Source: Macrostomum hystrix
Taxonomy: Eukaryota; Animalia; Platyhelminthes
NCBI GenBank assembly: GCA_950097015.1
Contig: CATNEN010000005.1
Location: 5,394,001-5,458,000 of the forward strand
Direction of reading: 5' to 3'
Length of the DNA: 64,000 nt
Made by a program: the position numbers and the translations under genes. The notes under the pieces were generated by a model. It was not told the DNA's origin. It saw only the letters and a program-made list of their open reading frames with translations, and searched no databases. This document shows, piece by piece, positions 46,727-59,000 of the stretch; position 1 is the stretch's first letter, and each line of letters begins with the position of its first letter.

Positions 46727-47412
46727 ATATTTATATTTAAATTTATAAAATTTCTTACTGCCTGGCTTTAACCCTATAGTGCTATTTTTGTAAAACCGTT
46801 TTAGTTTCAAACTAAAAGCAGATATTTCCAGAGCTGCAACAAAATCTTCAAATACTTGCACTACTAATCTAATCGATAACGTTAACAACCAGAAGAAGGT
46901 CTAATTACCGGCAAGAAAATTTCGTCGCTACATTGTTCTAATTGGTCGTTAAATAAATTTCATTTAATTGTCGATTGATTGGGTGAATAAGATGAGGATC
47001 AGGCCAACGGTGTTTCTACATTGCGTAATTAATTATTTTGCTAGCTTATTTTTTAATGAAAACTGCATTTCTTTATTCGGCAAATTGTTTAGATAACAGC
47101 TGACGGGGGCTGTAAGGCAAATCAATATTTTCTGTCCGAATAATATTATCCTCTGCGTGAAGTGAAATGAAAATAAAGTGTTTCAAATATTAGATATTAG
47201 TTTGACCTGTTTGGTAGATGGAGAAAGTCATCGGTTAAATAATAAAATCTCCTTTTATATAAAAAAATCACCTGTCATACACAAAATCTCTCTTTAGACA
47301 CAAAATTCACAAAATTATTTACGCAAATAAGAGTAAGACTGACAAAAAACTTGTCAGATGTGAAAATCTAATGTTCGATACGAAAATCCGATGTTATATA
47401 TACAAAAAATGC

Positions 47413-48265
47413 TTTCTAGATAGAGAAAGTCACTTGTCAGACAGAGAAAGTCACTTGTTAGACAGAGAAAAACTCTTGTCAGACAGAGAAAGTCGCTTGT
47501 TAGACAGAGAAAGTCACTTGTTAGACAGAGAAAGTCGCTTGTTAGACAGAGAACGTAACTTGTTAGACAGAGAAAGTCACTTGTTAGACAGAGAAAGTCA
47601 CTTGTTAGACAGAGAAAGTCACTTGTTAGACAGAGAAAGTCACTTGTTAGACAGAGAAAGTCGCTTGTTAGACAGAGAACGTAGCTTGTTAGACAGAGAA
47701 AGTCACTTGTTAGACAGAGAAAGTCGCTTGTTAGACAGAGAACGTAGCTTGTTAGACAGAGAAAGTCACTTGTTAGACAGAGAAAGTCGCTTGTTAGACA
47801 GAGAACGTAGCTTGTTAGACAGAGAAAGTCACTTGTTAGACAGAGAAAGTCACTTGTTAGACAGAGAAAGTCACTTGTTAGACAGAGAAAGTCACTTGTT
47901 AGACAGAGAAAGCCACTTGTTAGACAGAGAAAGTCGCTTGTTAGACAGAGAACGTAGCTTGTTAGACAGAGAAAGTCACTTGTTAGACAGAGAAAGTCAC
48001 TTGTTAGACAGAGAAAGTCGCTTGTTAGACAGAGAAAGTCACTTGTTAGACAGAGAAAGTCACTTGTTAGACAGAGAAAGTCGCTTGTTAGACAGAGAAA
48101 GTCGCTTGTTAGACAGAGAAAGTCACTTGTTAGACAGAGAAAGTCACTTGTTAGACAGAGAAAGTCGCTTGTTAGACAGAGAAAGTCGCTTGTTAGACAG
48201 AGAAAGTCACTTGTTAGACAGAGAAAGTCACTTGTTAGACAGAGAAAGTCGCTTGTTAGACAGAG
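47413..48265. repeat. 21-bp minisatellite TTGTTAGACAGAGAAAGTC(A/G)C
   Basis: About 40 tandem units. Confidence 0.95.
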
Positions 48266-48728
48266 TACAAATTGTCTAAAACAAAAAATTAAATCGTTTC
48301 CTTAAAAATTGAATATCGACAAACAGTGATCTCAACGACAGATAATTTTCTAGAACAAATAAATTAAAATTTTTCTTTTCTATTCGCATCCCAATTGAAT
48401 GCTAACGTCATTAGAAATTTCTCCCTAGGCTACAGGTGCGTGATCCAATTTTCGATTTCCAATCGAATTCGTCTGCGAATGTGGGCAGACAATCTCGTGG
48501 GCGAGTCGACAAATCGGACAGCAGTTCCAAGCCAAGATGGCTACCCCATTTGCCTATAAATATTGGGAAAATTCCCGCCTTGGAAATCTATTCACGGATG
48601 CCAAAGCTGTTTCGCTTCAATATCTACAGGTAATAGCCAAGTTTTTCACCTCAGATACGTTTGAATTATCGATTTAAATAATTCTCATTGGAATAAAATC
48701 GACTTTCAGATTCTCTGAGAAGCCAAAC

Positions 48729-49049
48729 ATGCATGTGAGCACAATGATCCTAGCCTGTGCTCTAGTAGCTGTGTCAGTCTGCTCCACCAACGTAGCTTCA
48801 GCCAACGACGACAATAAGAGCTACAGAAGCTCGCCGCGCAGGCAGTTGCCCAGTCCATACGGATCTGGAGCCGACCTGTCCCAGTATCCGTTCTATGATT
48901 TCGAGCGCCGATGCAACCGGGACATTGGACTGAACTTCGCGCCGTGCACCAGTCACAGCGACTGCTGCTATCCCAACATCTGCTTGCGCAGACGCGGTCA
49001 GGCCACGGGTTATTGCTGCTGCAGCTTTCCTGACGAGGGCAAAAAGTGA
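48729..49049 (+). CDS. Secreted cysteine-rich (knottin/ICK-like) peptide precursor, 106 aa
   Basis: Hydrophobic signal peptide; polar propeptide ending ERR; mature region C-x10-C-x5-CC-x4-C-x10-CCC; C-terminal GKK. Upstream acceptor (CTTTCAG, 48709) and downstream AATAAA (~49179). Confidence 0.8.
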   Translation: MHVSTMILACALVAVSVCSTNVASANDDNKSYRSSPRRQLPSPYGSGADLSQYPFYDFERRCNRDIGLNFAPCTSHSDCCYPNICLRRRGQATGYCCCSFPDEGKK

Positions 49050-49419
49050 TGGCCTTCTTCTGAGAGTCGATTGAAGATGAAAACTTGAGCAAACAATTTA
49101 TTAGCTATGCAATCTGTGTTGTTATTCTATATTATACCCAAAATGCAGACCGACAATGTAAAATATATTAATTCTGGAATAAAGATTCTCAAATGGGAGC
49201 TGGTTTGAGTCGTTTACAGAATTATTGGCAATCAAATATTTTCTGGCAGTTTTGCTAGTTTCTTTAACTTACTTTCTAAATACAAATTGACTATTATCAT
49301 TGATGGTAGGCGAGACGAATTGTGCACATTGCTCAGAGACCCATCGCCCTGAAAAAGAAGGGAAATTGTGAAGAGAGGGAATCGAACTTGATTTATAAAG
49401 AATCTATCGATACTAAAGA

Positions 49420-49735
49420 AATGACTGAAAAAGAGAGTCGTTCGTAGATAGAGAATCGACCGAGGATACAGAATCAACCGAAGATTGAGAATCGACCGAG
49501 GTTATAGTATCGACCGAAGATATACTCGTAGATTCGAACGAAGATAGAGAATTGACCGAGGATAGGGAATCAACCAAAGATTGAGAACCGACCGAAGATA
49601 GAGAATCGACCAAAGATAGAGAATCGACCGAAGATAAAGAATCGACCGAAGATAGAGAATTTACTAAAATTCGAGATTAGTCGAAGATGGAGAATCGTCA
49701 GAGGATTGAGAATAGACGAAAGTACAGAATCAAAC
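49420..49735. repeat. Degenerate 18-bp repeat GAGAATCGACCGAAGATA
   Basis: Imperfect tandem units. Confidence 0.75.
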
Positions 49736-50086
49736 CAGCATCGCATAGATAATTGCATAGATCAAAAGAATAAAACTCAGGAGAGTCCCTCAAAAAAATA
49801 AAAGAAAATACATTCTAGCCTGTGCTTTGACAATAAGCGCATTATTATATTCTTTGACCAAAATTGGACTGCCTCGCGTTTTGTTAAAAAGTCCACATTC
49901 TGTTAGCACGTTTGAAGACAGGAAGGCGACTTATAATATCCACGTCGTGTGGGCGAGAATTTATCAAAGAAATGTGTTAAATTTCTGATTGTCTTATGAC
50001 TTTGACTTTCCATTCTCATCAACCTTCTATATTTTATCTGATGAAGCGACTGTGGAATATATCAACGGAAAATGATGGACTGAGAG

Positions 50087-50534
50087 TTTCACCTGTTAGA
50101 CAGACTGTTTCACCTGTTAGACAGACTGTTTCACCTGTTAGACAGACTGTTTCACCTGTTAGACAGACTGTTTCACCTGTAAGACAGACTGTTTCACCTG
50201 TTAGACAGACTGTTTCACCTGTTAGACAGACTGTTTCACCTGTTAGACAGACTGTTTCACCTGTTAGACAGACAGAAAATCCACCTGTTAGACAGAAAAT
50301 CCACCTGTTAGACAGAAAATCCACCTGTTAGACAGAAAAGCTACCTGTTAGACAGACGATAAGCTACCTGTTAGACAGACGATAAGCTACCTGTTAGACA
50401 GACGATAAGCTACCTGTTAGACAGACGATAAGCTACCTGTTAGACAGACGATAACCAACCTGTTAGACAGACGATAAGCTACCTGTTAGACAGATTAAAG
50501 CTACCTGTTAGACAGACCAAAACAAGCTGTTAGA
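50087..50534. repeat. 20-22-bp minisatellite series (TTCACCTGTTAGACAGACTGT grading to CTACCTGTTAGACAGACGATAAG)
   Basis: Tandem units sharing ACCTGTTAGACAG. Confidence 0.92.
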
Positions 50535-51009
50535 CTATTACCTTTAACCTAATCGTGACTTAATTACAGCGCAATGCAATGTGGAAATATAGTTTATATG
50601 GTCGGATAATTGAGTGGAACAGTGTTAGCAGGGATCTTGACAAAACGAATTTCTCTCTCCAAGAATCTCTTTGTCAGCTGCTCTCAATTTAAGAGAGCAA
50701 AACACCCACGCGTTTGAGTCTCACCTGCACAGTGCCTGAGTGCAATCAAAGAGGTCATCGTTAACCACCAAGGAAGGTTTTTGTTTAAGGATTGTTTTCA
50801 AGTGATTAAAATGTCTGAGCACTATCAAATAGACTTGTTAAGGTAGCAGGTGTGAATTATTGTTGTGAAAAGCTGTCAAAAAACGTTAGATTAGCAAATA
50901 AAAAACAAATAAACTATTCGTTACATTCGAGTATGTTTATTAGAATTGTAATTTTTTTTAAAGATCGGTAAAAAAAATCTGAGGTATTGGTAGACCAAGA
51001 GACGGACAT

Positions 51010-54000
51010 GGCAGAGATTGGTAGATAGAGATGGGAGAGATTGGTAGAAAGAGATGGCAGACATTGGTAGATAGAGGTGGCAGATAGAGATAGTAGAGAT
51101 TGGTAGATAGAGATAGTAGAGATTGGTAGATAGAGATAGTAGAGATTGGTAGATAGAGATAGTAGAGATCGGTAGATAGAGATGGCAGAGATTGGTAGAT
51201 AGAGATGGCAGAGATTGGTAGATAGAGATAGTAGAGATTGGTAGATAGAGATAGTAGAGATTGGTAGATAGAGATAGTAGAGATTGGTAGATAGAGATGG
51301 GAGAGATTGGTAGATAGATATAGTAGAGATTGCTAGATAGAGATAGTAGAGATTGCTAGATAGAGATAGTAGAGATTGGTAGATAGAGATAGTAGAGATT
51401 GGTAGATAGAGATAGTAGAGATTGGTAGATAGAGATAGTAGAGATTGGTAGATAGAGATAGTAGAGATTGGTAGATAGAGATAGTAGAGATTCGTAGATA
51501 GAGATAGTAGAGATTGGTAGATAAAGATAGTAGAGATTGGTAGATAGAGATAGTAGAGATTGGTAGATAGAGATGGCAGAGATTGGTAGATAGCGATGGC
51601 AGAGATTGTTAGATTGAGATGGCAGAGATGGTAGATAGCGATGGAGAGATTGTTAGATAGCGATGGCAGAGATGGTAGATAGCGATGGAGAGATTGTTAG
51701 ATAGCGATGGCAGAGATGGTAGATAGCGATGGAGAGATTGGTAGATAGCGATGGCAGAGATTGTTAGATAGAGATGGCAGAGATTGGTAGATAGAGATAG
51801 TAGAGATTCGTAGATAGAGATAGTAGAGATTGGTAGATAGAGATAGTAGAGATTGGTAGATAGCGATGGAGAGATTGTTAGATAGAGATGGCAGAGATTG
51901 GTAGATAGAGATAGTAGAGATTCGTAGATAGAGATAGTAGAGATTGGTAGATAGAGATAGTAGAGATTGGTAGATAGAGATAGTAGAGATTGGTAGATAG
52001 AGATAGTAGAGATTGGTAGATAGAGATAGTAGAGATTGGTAGATAGAGATAGTAGAGATTGGTAGATAGAGATAGTAGAGATTCGTAGATAGAGATAGTA
52101 GAGATTGGTAGATAGAGATAGTAGAGATTGGTAGATAGAGATAGTAGAGATTGGTAGATAGAGATAGTAGAGATTGGTAGATAGAGATAGTAGAGATTGG
52201 TAGATAGAGATAGTAGAGATTGGTAGATAGAGATGGCAGAGATTGGTAGATAGCGATGGCAGAGATTGTTAGATAGAGATGGCAGAGATGGTAGATAGCG
52301 ATGGCAGAGATGGTAGATAGCGATGGAGAGATTGTTAGATAGCGATGGCAGAGATTGGTAGATAGCGATGGCAGAGATTGGTAGATAGCGATGGCAGAGA
52401 TTGGTAGATAGCGATGGCAGAGATTGGTAGATAGCGATGGCAGAGATTGGTAGATAGCGATGGCAGAGATTGGTAGATAGAGATGGCAGAGATTGTTAGA
52501 TAGAGATGGCAGAGATTGGTAGATAGCGATGGCAGAGATTGGTAGATAGCGATGGCAGAGATTGGTAGATAGCGATGGCAGAGATTGGTAGATAGCGATG
52601 GCAGAGATTGGTAGATAGCGATGGCAGAGATGGTAGATAGCGATGGAGAGATTGGTAGATAGCGATGGCAGAGATTGGTAGATAGCGATGGCAGAGATGG
52701 TAGATAGCGATGGAGAGATTGTTAGATAGCGATGGAGAGATTGGTAGATAGCGATGGCAGAGATGGTAGATAGCGATGGCAGAGATTGGTAGATAGAGAT
52801 GGCAGAGATGGTAGATAGCGATGGAGAGATTGTTAGAAAGCGATGGCAGAGATGGTAGATAGCGATGGAGAGATTGGTAGATAGAGATGGCAGAGATGGT
52901 AGATAGCGATGGAGAGATTGTTAGATAGAGATGGCAGAGATGGTAGATAGCGATGGAGAGATTGGTAGATAGCGATGGCAGAGATGGTAGATAGCGATGG
53001 CAGAGATTGGTAGATAGCGATGGCAGAGATGGTAGATAGCGATGGCAGAGATTGTTAGATAGAGATGGCAGAGATGGTAGATAGCGATGGAGAGATTGTT
53101 AGATAGAGATAGTAGAGATGGGTAGATAGCGATGGCAGAGATTGTTAGATAGCGATGGCAGAGATGGTAGATAGCGATGGAGAGATTGGTAGATAGCGAT
53201 GGTAGAGATTGGTAGATAGAGATAGTAGAGATTGGTAGATAGAGATAGTAGAGATTCGTAGATAGAGATAGTAGAGATTGGTAGATAAAGATAGTAGAGA
53301 TTGGTAGATAGAGATAGTAGAGATTGGTAGATAGAGATGGCAGAGATTGGTAGATAGAGATAGTAGAGATTGGTAGATAGAGATAGTAGAGATTCGTAGA
53401 TAGAGATAGTAGAGATTGGTAGATAAAGATAGTAGAGATTGGTAGATAGAGATAGTAGAGATTGGTAGATAGCGATGGCAGAGATTGTTAGATAGAGATG
53501 GCAGAGATGGTAGATAGCGATGGCGGAGATTGTTAGATAGAGATGGCAGAGATGGTAGATAGCGATGGAGAGATTGTTAGATAGAGATGGCAGAGATTGG
53601 TAGATAGAGATAGTAGAGATTGGTAGATAGAGATGGTAGAGATTGGTAGATAGAGATAGTAGAGATTGGTAGATAGAGATAGTAGAGATTGGTAGATAGA
53701 GATAGTAGAGATTGGTAGATAGAGATAGTAGAGATTGGTAGATAGCGATGGAGAGATTGTTAGATAGAGATAGTAGAGATTGGTAGATAGAGATAGTAGA
53801 GATTGTTAGATAGAGATGGCAGAGATGGTAGATAGCGATGGAGAGATTGTTAGATAGAGATAGTAGAGATTGGTAGATAGAGATAGTAGAGATTGTTAGA
53901 TAGAGATGGCAGAGATGGTAGATAGCGATGGAGAGATTGTTAGATAGAGATAGTAGAGATTGGTAGATAGAGATAGTAGAGATTGGTAGATAGAGATAGT

Positions 54001-55088
54001 AGAGATTGGTAGATAGAGATAGTAGAGATTGGTAGATAGAGATGGTAGAGATTGGTAGATAGAGATAGTAGAGATTGGTAGATAGAGATAGTAGAGATTC
54101 GTAGATAGAGATAGTAGAGATTGGTAGATAAAGATAGTAGAGATTGGTAGATAGAGATAGTAGAGATTGGTAGATAGAGATGGCAGAGATTGGTAGATAG
54201 CGATGGCAGAGATTGTTAGATTGAGATGGCAGAGATGGTAGATAGCGATGGAGAGATTGTTAGATAGCGATGGCAGAGATGGTAGATAGCGATGGAGAGA
54301 TTGTTAGATAGCGATGGCAGAGATGGTAGATAGCGATGGAGAGATTGGTAGATAGCGATGGCAGAGATTGGTAGATAGCGATGGCAGAGATGGTAGATAG
54401 CGATGGAGAGATTGGTAGATAGCGATGGCAGAGATTGGTAGATAGCGATGGCAGAGATGGTAGATAGCGATGGAGAGATTGGTAGATAGCGATGGAGAGA
54501 TTGTTAGATAGCGATGGCAGAGATTGGTAGATAGCGATGGAGAGATTGTTAGATAGCGATGGCAGAGATTGGTAGATAGAGATGGCAGAGATGGTAGATA
54601 GAGATGGCAGAGATGGTAGATAGCGATGGAGAGATTGTTAGATAGAGATGGCAGAGATTGGTAGATAGCGATGGCAGAGATTGGTAGATAGCGATGGCAG
54701 AGATTGGTAGATAGCGATGGCAGAGATTGGTAGATAGCGATGGAGAGATTGTTAGATAGAGATAGTAGAGATTGGTAGATAGAGATAGTAGAGATTGGTA
54801 GATAGAGATAGTAGAGATTGGTAGTTAGAGATAGTAGAGATTGGTAGATAGAGATGGCAGAGATAGGTAGATAGAGATAGTAGAGATTGGTAGATAGAGA
54901 TGGCAGAGATAGGTAGATAAAGATAGTAGAGATTGGTAGATAGAGATAGCAGAGATTGGTAGATAGAGATGGCAGAGATTGGTAGATAGAGATGGCAGAG
55001 ATTGGTAGATAGAGATAGAGATGGCAGAGATTGGCAGAAAGAGATAGTAGAGATTGGTAGATAGAGATCGCAGAGATTGGCAGAAAGA
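51010..55088. repeat. Purine-rich satellite, 22/23-bp unit AGAGATTGGTAGATAGAGATAGT and variants (~4.1 kb)
   Basis: Continuous tandem array. Confidence 0.96.
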
Positions 55089-55727
55089 GGAATGGAGGCG
55101 TACTGTTTGGAGAGCGCTGTGAAAAGTAAATATTTTGAACAGTATTCATTAAAGTACTTTTCAAGAAAGTCTGAAAACTGGCGTGTACTTTTAAATTTTA
55201 AGATTTGTAACCCATTCAGCGAAAAACACGTTGGCTTTTTTATTTTTCCTAAAATGGCAAGTCTATGTATTATTTAACTGGTTTACAAATCGTGCTCACG
55301 AAAATTTTTAACAGACCAGCTTTTTTCAGCCTTGAGTAGTAAATATTCTTAAAAAATGACTGATGTTATTGTTTATTAGCAAGTCAATTAAAATGGAGTG
55401 ATTGAACTATTGGGCTTTGTAAATTTTACGCTCCTGTCTGACAGGTAACTACGTGCCAAACAATTTAAAGTACATATCAAACTACTAAATATATTTATGA
55501 CAGGTAAGCGTGAAATGTCTAACGAATAAAAGTGCTTGTCAAACAAATAAAAGTACACGTCTAACAGTTAATCGTGGGTATATGAAAAACGGATAAGTAC
55601 ATATCAAACTGATAAGAAGATGTCTAACAGGAAAGTACAGCTTGTCAAAGTAAATTTTCTGACTGCTTGATAATAACAATAATTGCAGGAGGTCTGCTTT
55701 GGCAATGGTGCATCATTCGGCTGACTC

Positions 55728-55823
55728 CTGAGCACACACTCACACAGGTGTGTACACTCTCACTGTGCCTTGGGAGGTTTACGTGCAAGGGCGTAAATTG
55801 CACAATACCCCAAACCTTCTCTC
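55728..55823 (-). mobile_element. Truncated SINE body fragment
   Basis: GAGCACACACTCACACAGGTGTGTACACTCTCACTGTGCCTTGG...AAGGGCGTAAATTG matches 14240-14400. Confidence 0.65.
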
Positions 55824-56076
55824 TTCTCTCCAAAAAATTTCACGAAAATTGCCTTAAGCATGCAAAAAATTGTCTTCTAGAAGACAGTTTCCTTGCCAAA
55901 ATTTACGAGTTTCTCCTTTTTTGATGGAAGTTTTATTTAAAAATTTCCATAAACTTTTTGTAACCAAAAATTGTCCTACTGGTGGCGCGTATAAAAATAA
56001 TGCGATTGTCGACTACTATTAGTAGTGACAATGTATTTTTATTTAAAATGAAAAAGTAATTGATTAATAAAGAGTT

Positions 56077-59000
56077 TTAAAATACGTAGTGACTTCGAGG
56101 TCGCCTTGTTGAATTTTGTCGTGGCATTGGCTGATTCTGCAACTCTTCTCTGTTCTAAAATCAATATTTCGGATAACAAAACATGTAAATAGCATAAATA
56201 TGTAAATCTATATTATTAAATATCAATTGGCATACCTTTCCTCTCGCGCGAACTAAAAGATATGTAACAAGCGCAACAACAGACAAAATGAAAACTGATG
56301 AAGGAATCACTGTTGTCACAAGCAGAATTTTCGTATTAAATGTTGCTGAAAATTTACAGATTAAACCTTATATTATTGCATACGCATTGGGGTAATTTTT
56401 CTATTTTTAGCGTAAGATGTACATTCGATTAGAAATCCCTCGTCGTTAACTGTACACTGATGGATTTGATGTACTTTGAATTGGGATTCCCCAAAAATTA
56501 GTGTACATCAATGGAATTCTATATTGTTGATTGTACACTGACGGGATTGCCATAGCAAAAAAATATTTCCAAGAGTGTTGTGTGTACTGGCACATCATTT
56601 GGTGACACTAGACCCTCAGCCAGCAAGGAGGCAATTCTACCTAATCCATTAACTCTTGAGCACACACGAACACAGATAACTGTACGCAGGCACACACTAC
56701 TGTAGTTTCTCATAGTCACTGCAGTACACTTTCACTGCGGATCCACCATAGCTGAATGTACACTGATGGAATTCCCTATTTCGATCCCAAGTACGCATAC
56801 TGAATTCTCTATTTCGAGTGTACATAAACTGGAAATCCCCCCAGTGTACGTTTCATACCAGCACGGCAGTCCCAGCTGATCTGCTTGGCGACAGTAACAT
56901 TCCACAAAGCTAGGACCGATTTCATTTGTACAACAGTGCATTGCACGACAATGTCGCCCATAGTAGACTTTGAGCAATTTTCGCAAATCCATTCTGAAAT
57001 CTGGGCAACTTTGAACTGATCGAAGTGGCTATAGCTTATTTGGTGTCTCATTCTCAGGTTTTGTTTATATCCTGTTAAATTGGTGGCAGAGCACAATTCT
57101 GTTGCTGCAGTACCTAAAATACCTGGCACCGCTCCGACTAATGGCGATTCCAGCGTGATTCGAACGGGTCGAGGTACCGAAGATTCGCAGATATAGTTTT
57201 TTGTTTCATTAGGCTGCGTTATCTTTATCAACGGATCTAAAACGAATAAATACGAAACAACCTACTATTGTCTACGGACGGCCTCATTTGTCCACGGACT
57301 GAACACAGATACTGTACGCAGGCACACGCTTACACAGGTGTGTACATCTGCCCTGACTCCCTGCGGTACACTTTCATTTGAGGTTGGCTCTCAACATTGC
57401 GCGACAAGCCCCGAGCCTTCTCTCGGCAGCTGCGCCTCAAATGAATGTGGCCTCGCCGCGGAATCGAGCTCAGGGACCTTGGTACGAGAGGCAGACGCGT
57501 CACACCACTCTGCCAATATCAACCCGCTGCACTTGTATTAATAAGTAATTTACCGCAGTAAGCATGCCTTTTTCAACTTACTTTTAACATTAACGCATTG
57601 AATCCACATGTTAGTGAAGCTCATCGACATTAGCTTGAAATTCTGCGAGCTAGACTTTGTCAGTCTTATCATAGTAGCCTGCAAAATTGATTGCTTTGTT
57701 ATTAACTTACTACTTACAGTGGTAGAGATAGAATCAGTAATGGCATGGAAGCTTACATATCTATTCTCGCATAAAACCGTAACTTTATTAGTGCCAGTAC
57801 TGCCACAGTAGTGCCAGTTGCTGAAATACTCGTACTTATGTCCTGAATCACCAGTTAAGCAGTGCCCAGAACCGAGTGAATATTTCTGGGGCAGAATCCG
57901 TACTTCGATATCTTCAGCGAGACCGTAGGGTACAACTGTGTTTTGTGCCGCTTCTGAAGGTTATAATTATTGCTAATACCATCATTGTCGACTAACATGT
58001 GATGCATCTGCCTAACAGGTCATGCATCTGTCTAACAGGTGATGCAACTGTCTAACATGTGATGCAACTGTCTAACAGGTGATGCAACTGTCTAACAGGT
58101 CATGCATCTGTCTAACATGTGATGCAACTGTCTAACAGGTCATGCATCTGTCTAAAAGGTGATGCAACTGTCTAACAGGTCATGCAACTGTCTAACAGGT
58201 CATGCATCTGTCTAACATGTGATGCAACTGTCTAACAGGTCATGCAACTGTCTAAAAGGTGATGCAACTGTCTAACAGCTGATGCATCTGTCTAACAGCT
58301 GATGCAACTGTCTAACAGGTGATGCATCTGTCTAACAGGTGATGCATCTGTCTAACAGGTGATGCAACTGTCTAACAGGTGATGCATCTGTCTAACAGGT
58401 GATGCAACTGTCTAACAGGTTATGCATCTGTCTAACAGGTGATGCATCTGTCTAACAGCTGTTGCATCTGTCTAACAGCTGATGCATCTGTCTAACAGGT
58501 GATGCAACTATCTAACAGGTCATGCATCTGTCTAACAGCTGTTGCATCTGTCTAACAGGTCATGCATCTGTCTAACAGGTGATGCAACTATCTAACAGGT
58601 CATGCATCTGTCTAACAGGTGATGCATCTGTCTAACAGGTGATGCAACTGTCTAACAGCTGATGCATCTGTCTAACAGGTGATGCAACTATCTAACAGGT
58701 CATGCATCTGTCTAACAGCTGTTGCATCTGTCTAACAGGTCATGCATCTGTCTAACAGGTGATGCAACTATCTAACAGGTCATGCATCTGTCTAACAGGT
58801 CATGCATCTGTCTAACAGGTGATACATCTGTATAACAGCTGTTGCATCTGTCCAACAGCTGTTGCATCTGTCTAACAGATGTTTATATTACTTGCCTATA
58901 TTTGAAATCGTGACCGATGTGACAATCTCCACTTTTCTGAGCTGCACAAGAAACCAATGAACACTTCTATCGTTTAGGAAGTCCGTGTGAAAGTAAAATT

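Noticed and set aside
39933-55164. Long low-complexity ORFs (39933, 43120/43254/43298, 44648/44681, 45775/45785, 47371, 49996/50034, 54304)
   Set aside because: They are translations of tandem repeats whose units lack stop codons in some frames; there is no domain, splice or codon evidence of coding.
56732-56992. Cys-rich frame (YYGRHC...ECYC...GLPCWY) as an EGF or PHD domain
   Set aside because: It overlaps exon 6 of the receptor gene in another frame. The splice phases (57071 acceptor, 56858 donor) fit the WICENC...WDCRA frame with no frameshift, so this frame is probably incidental.
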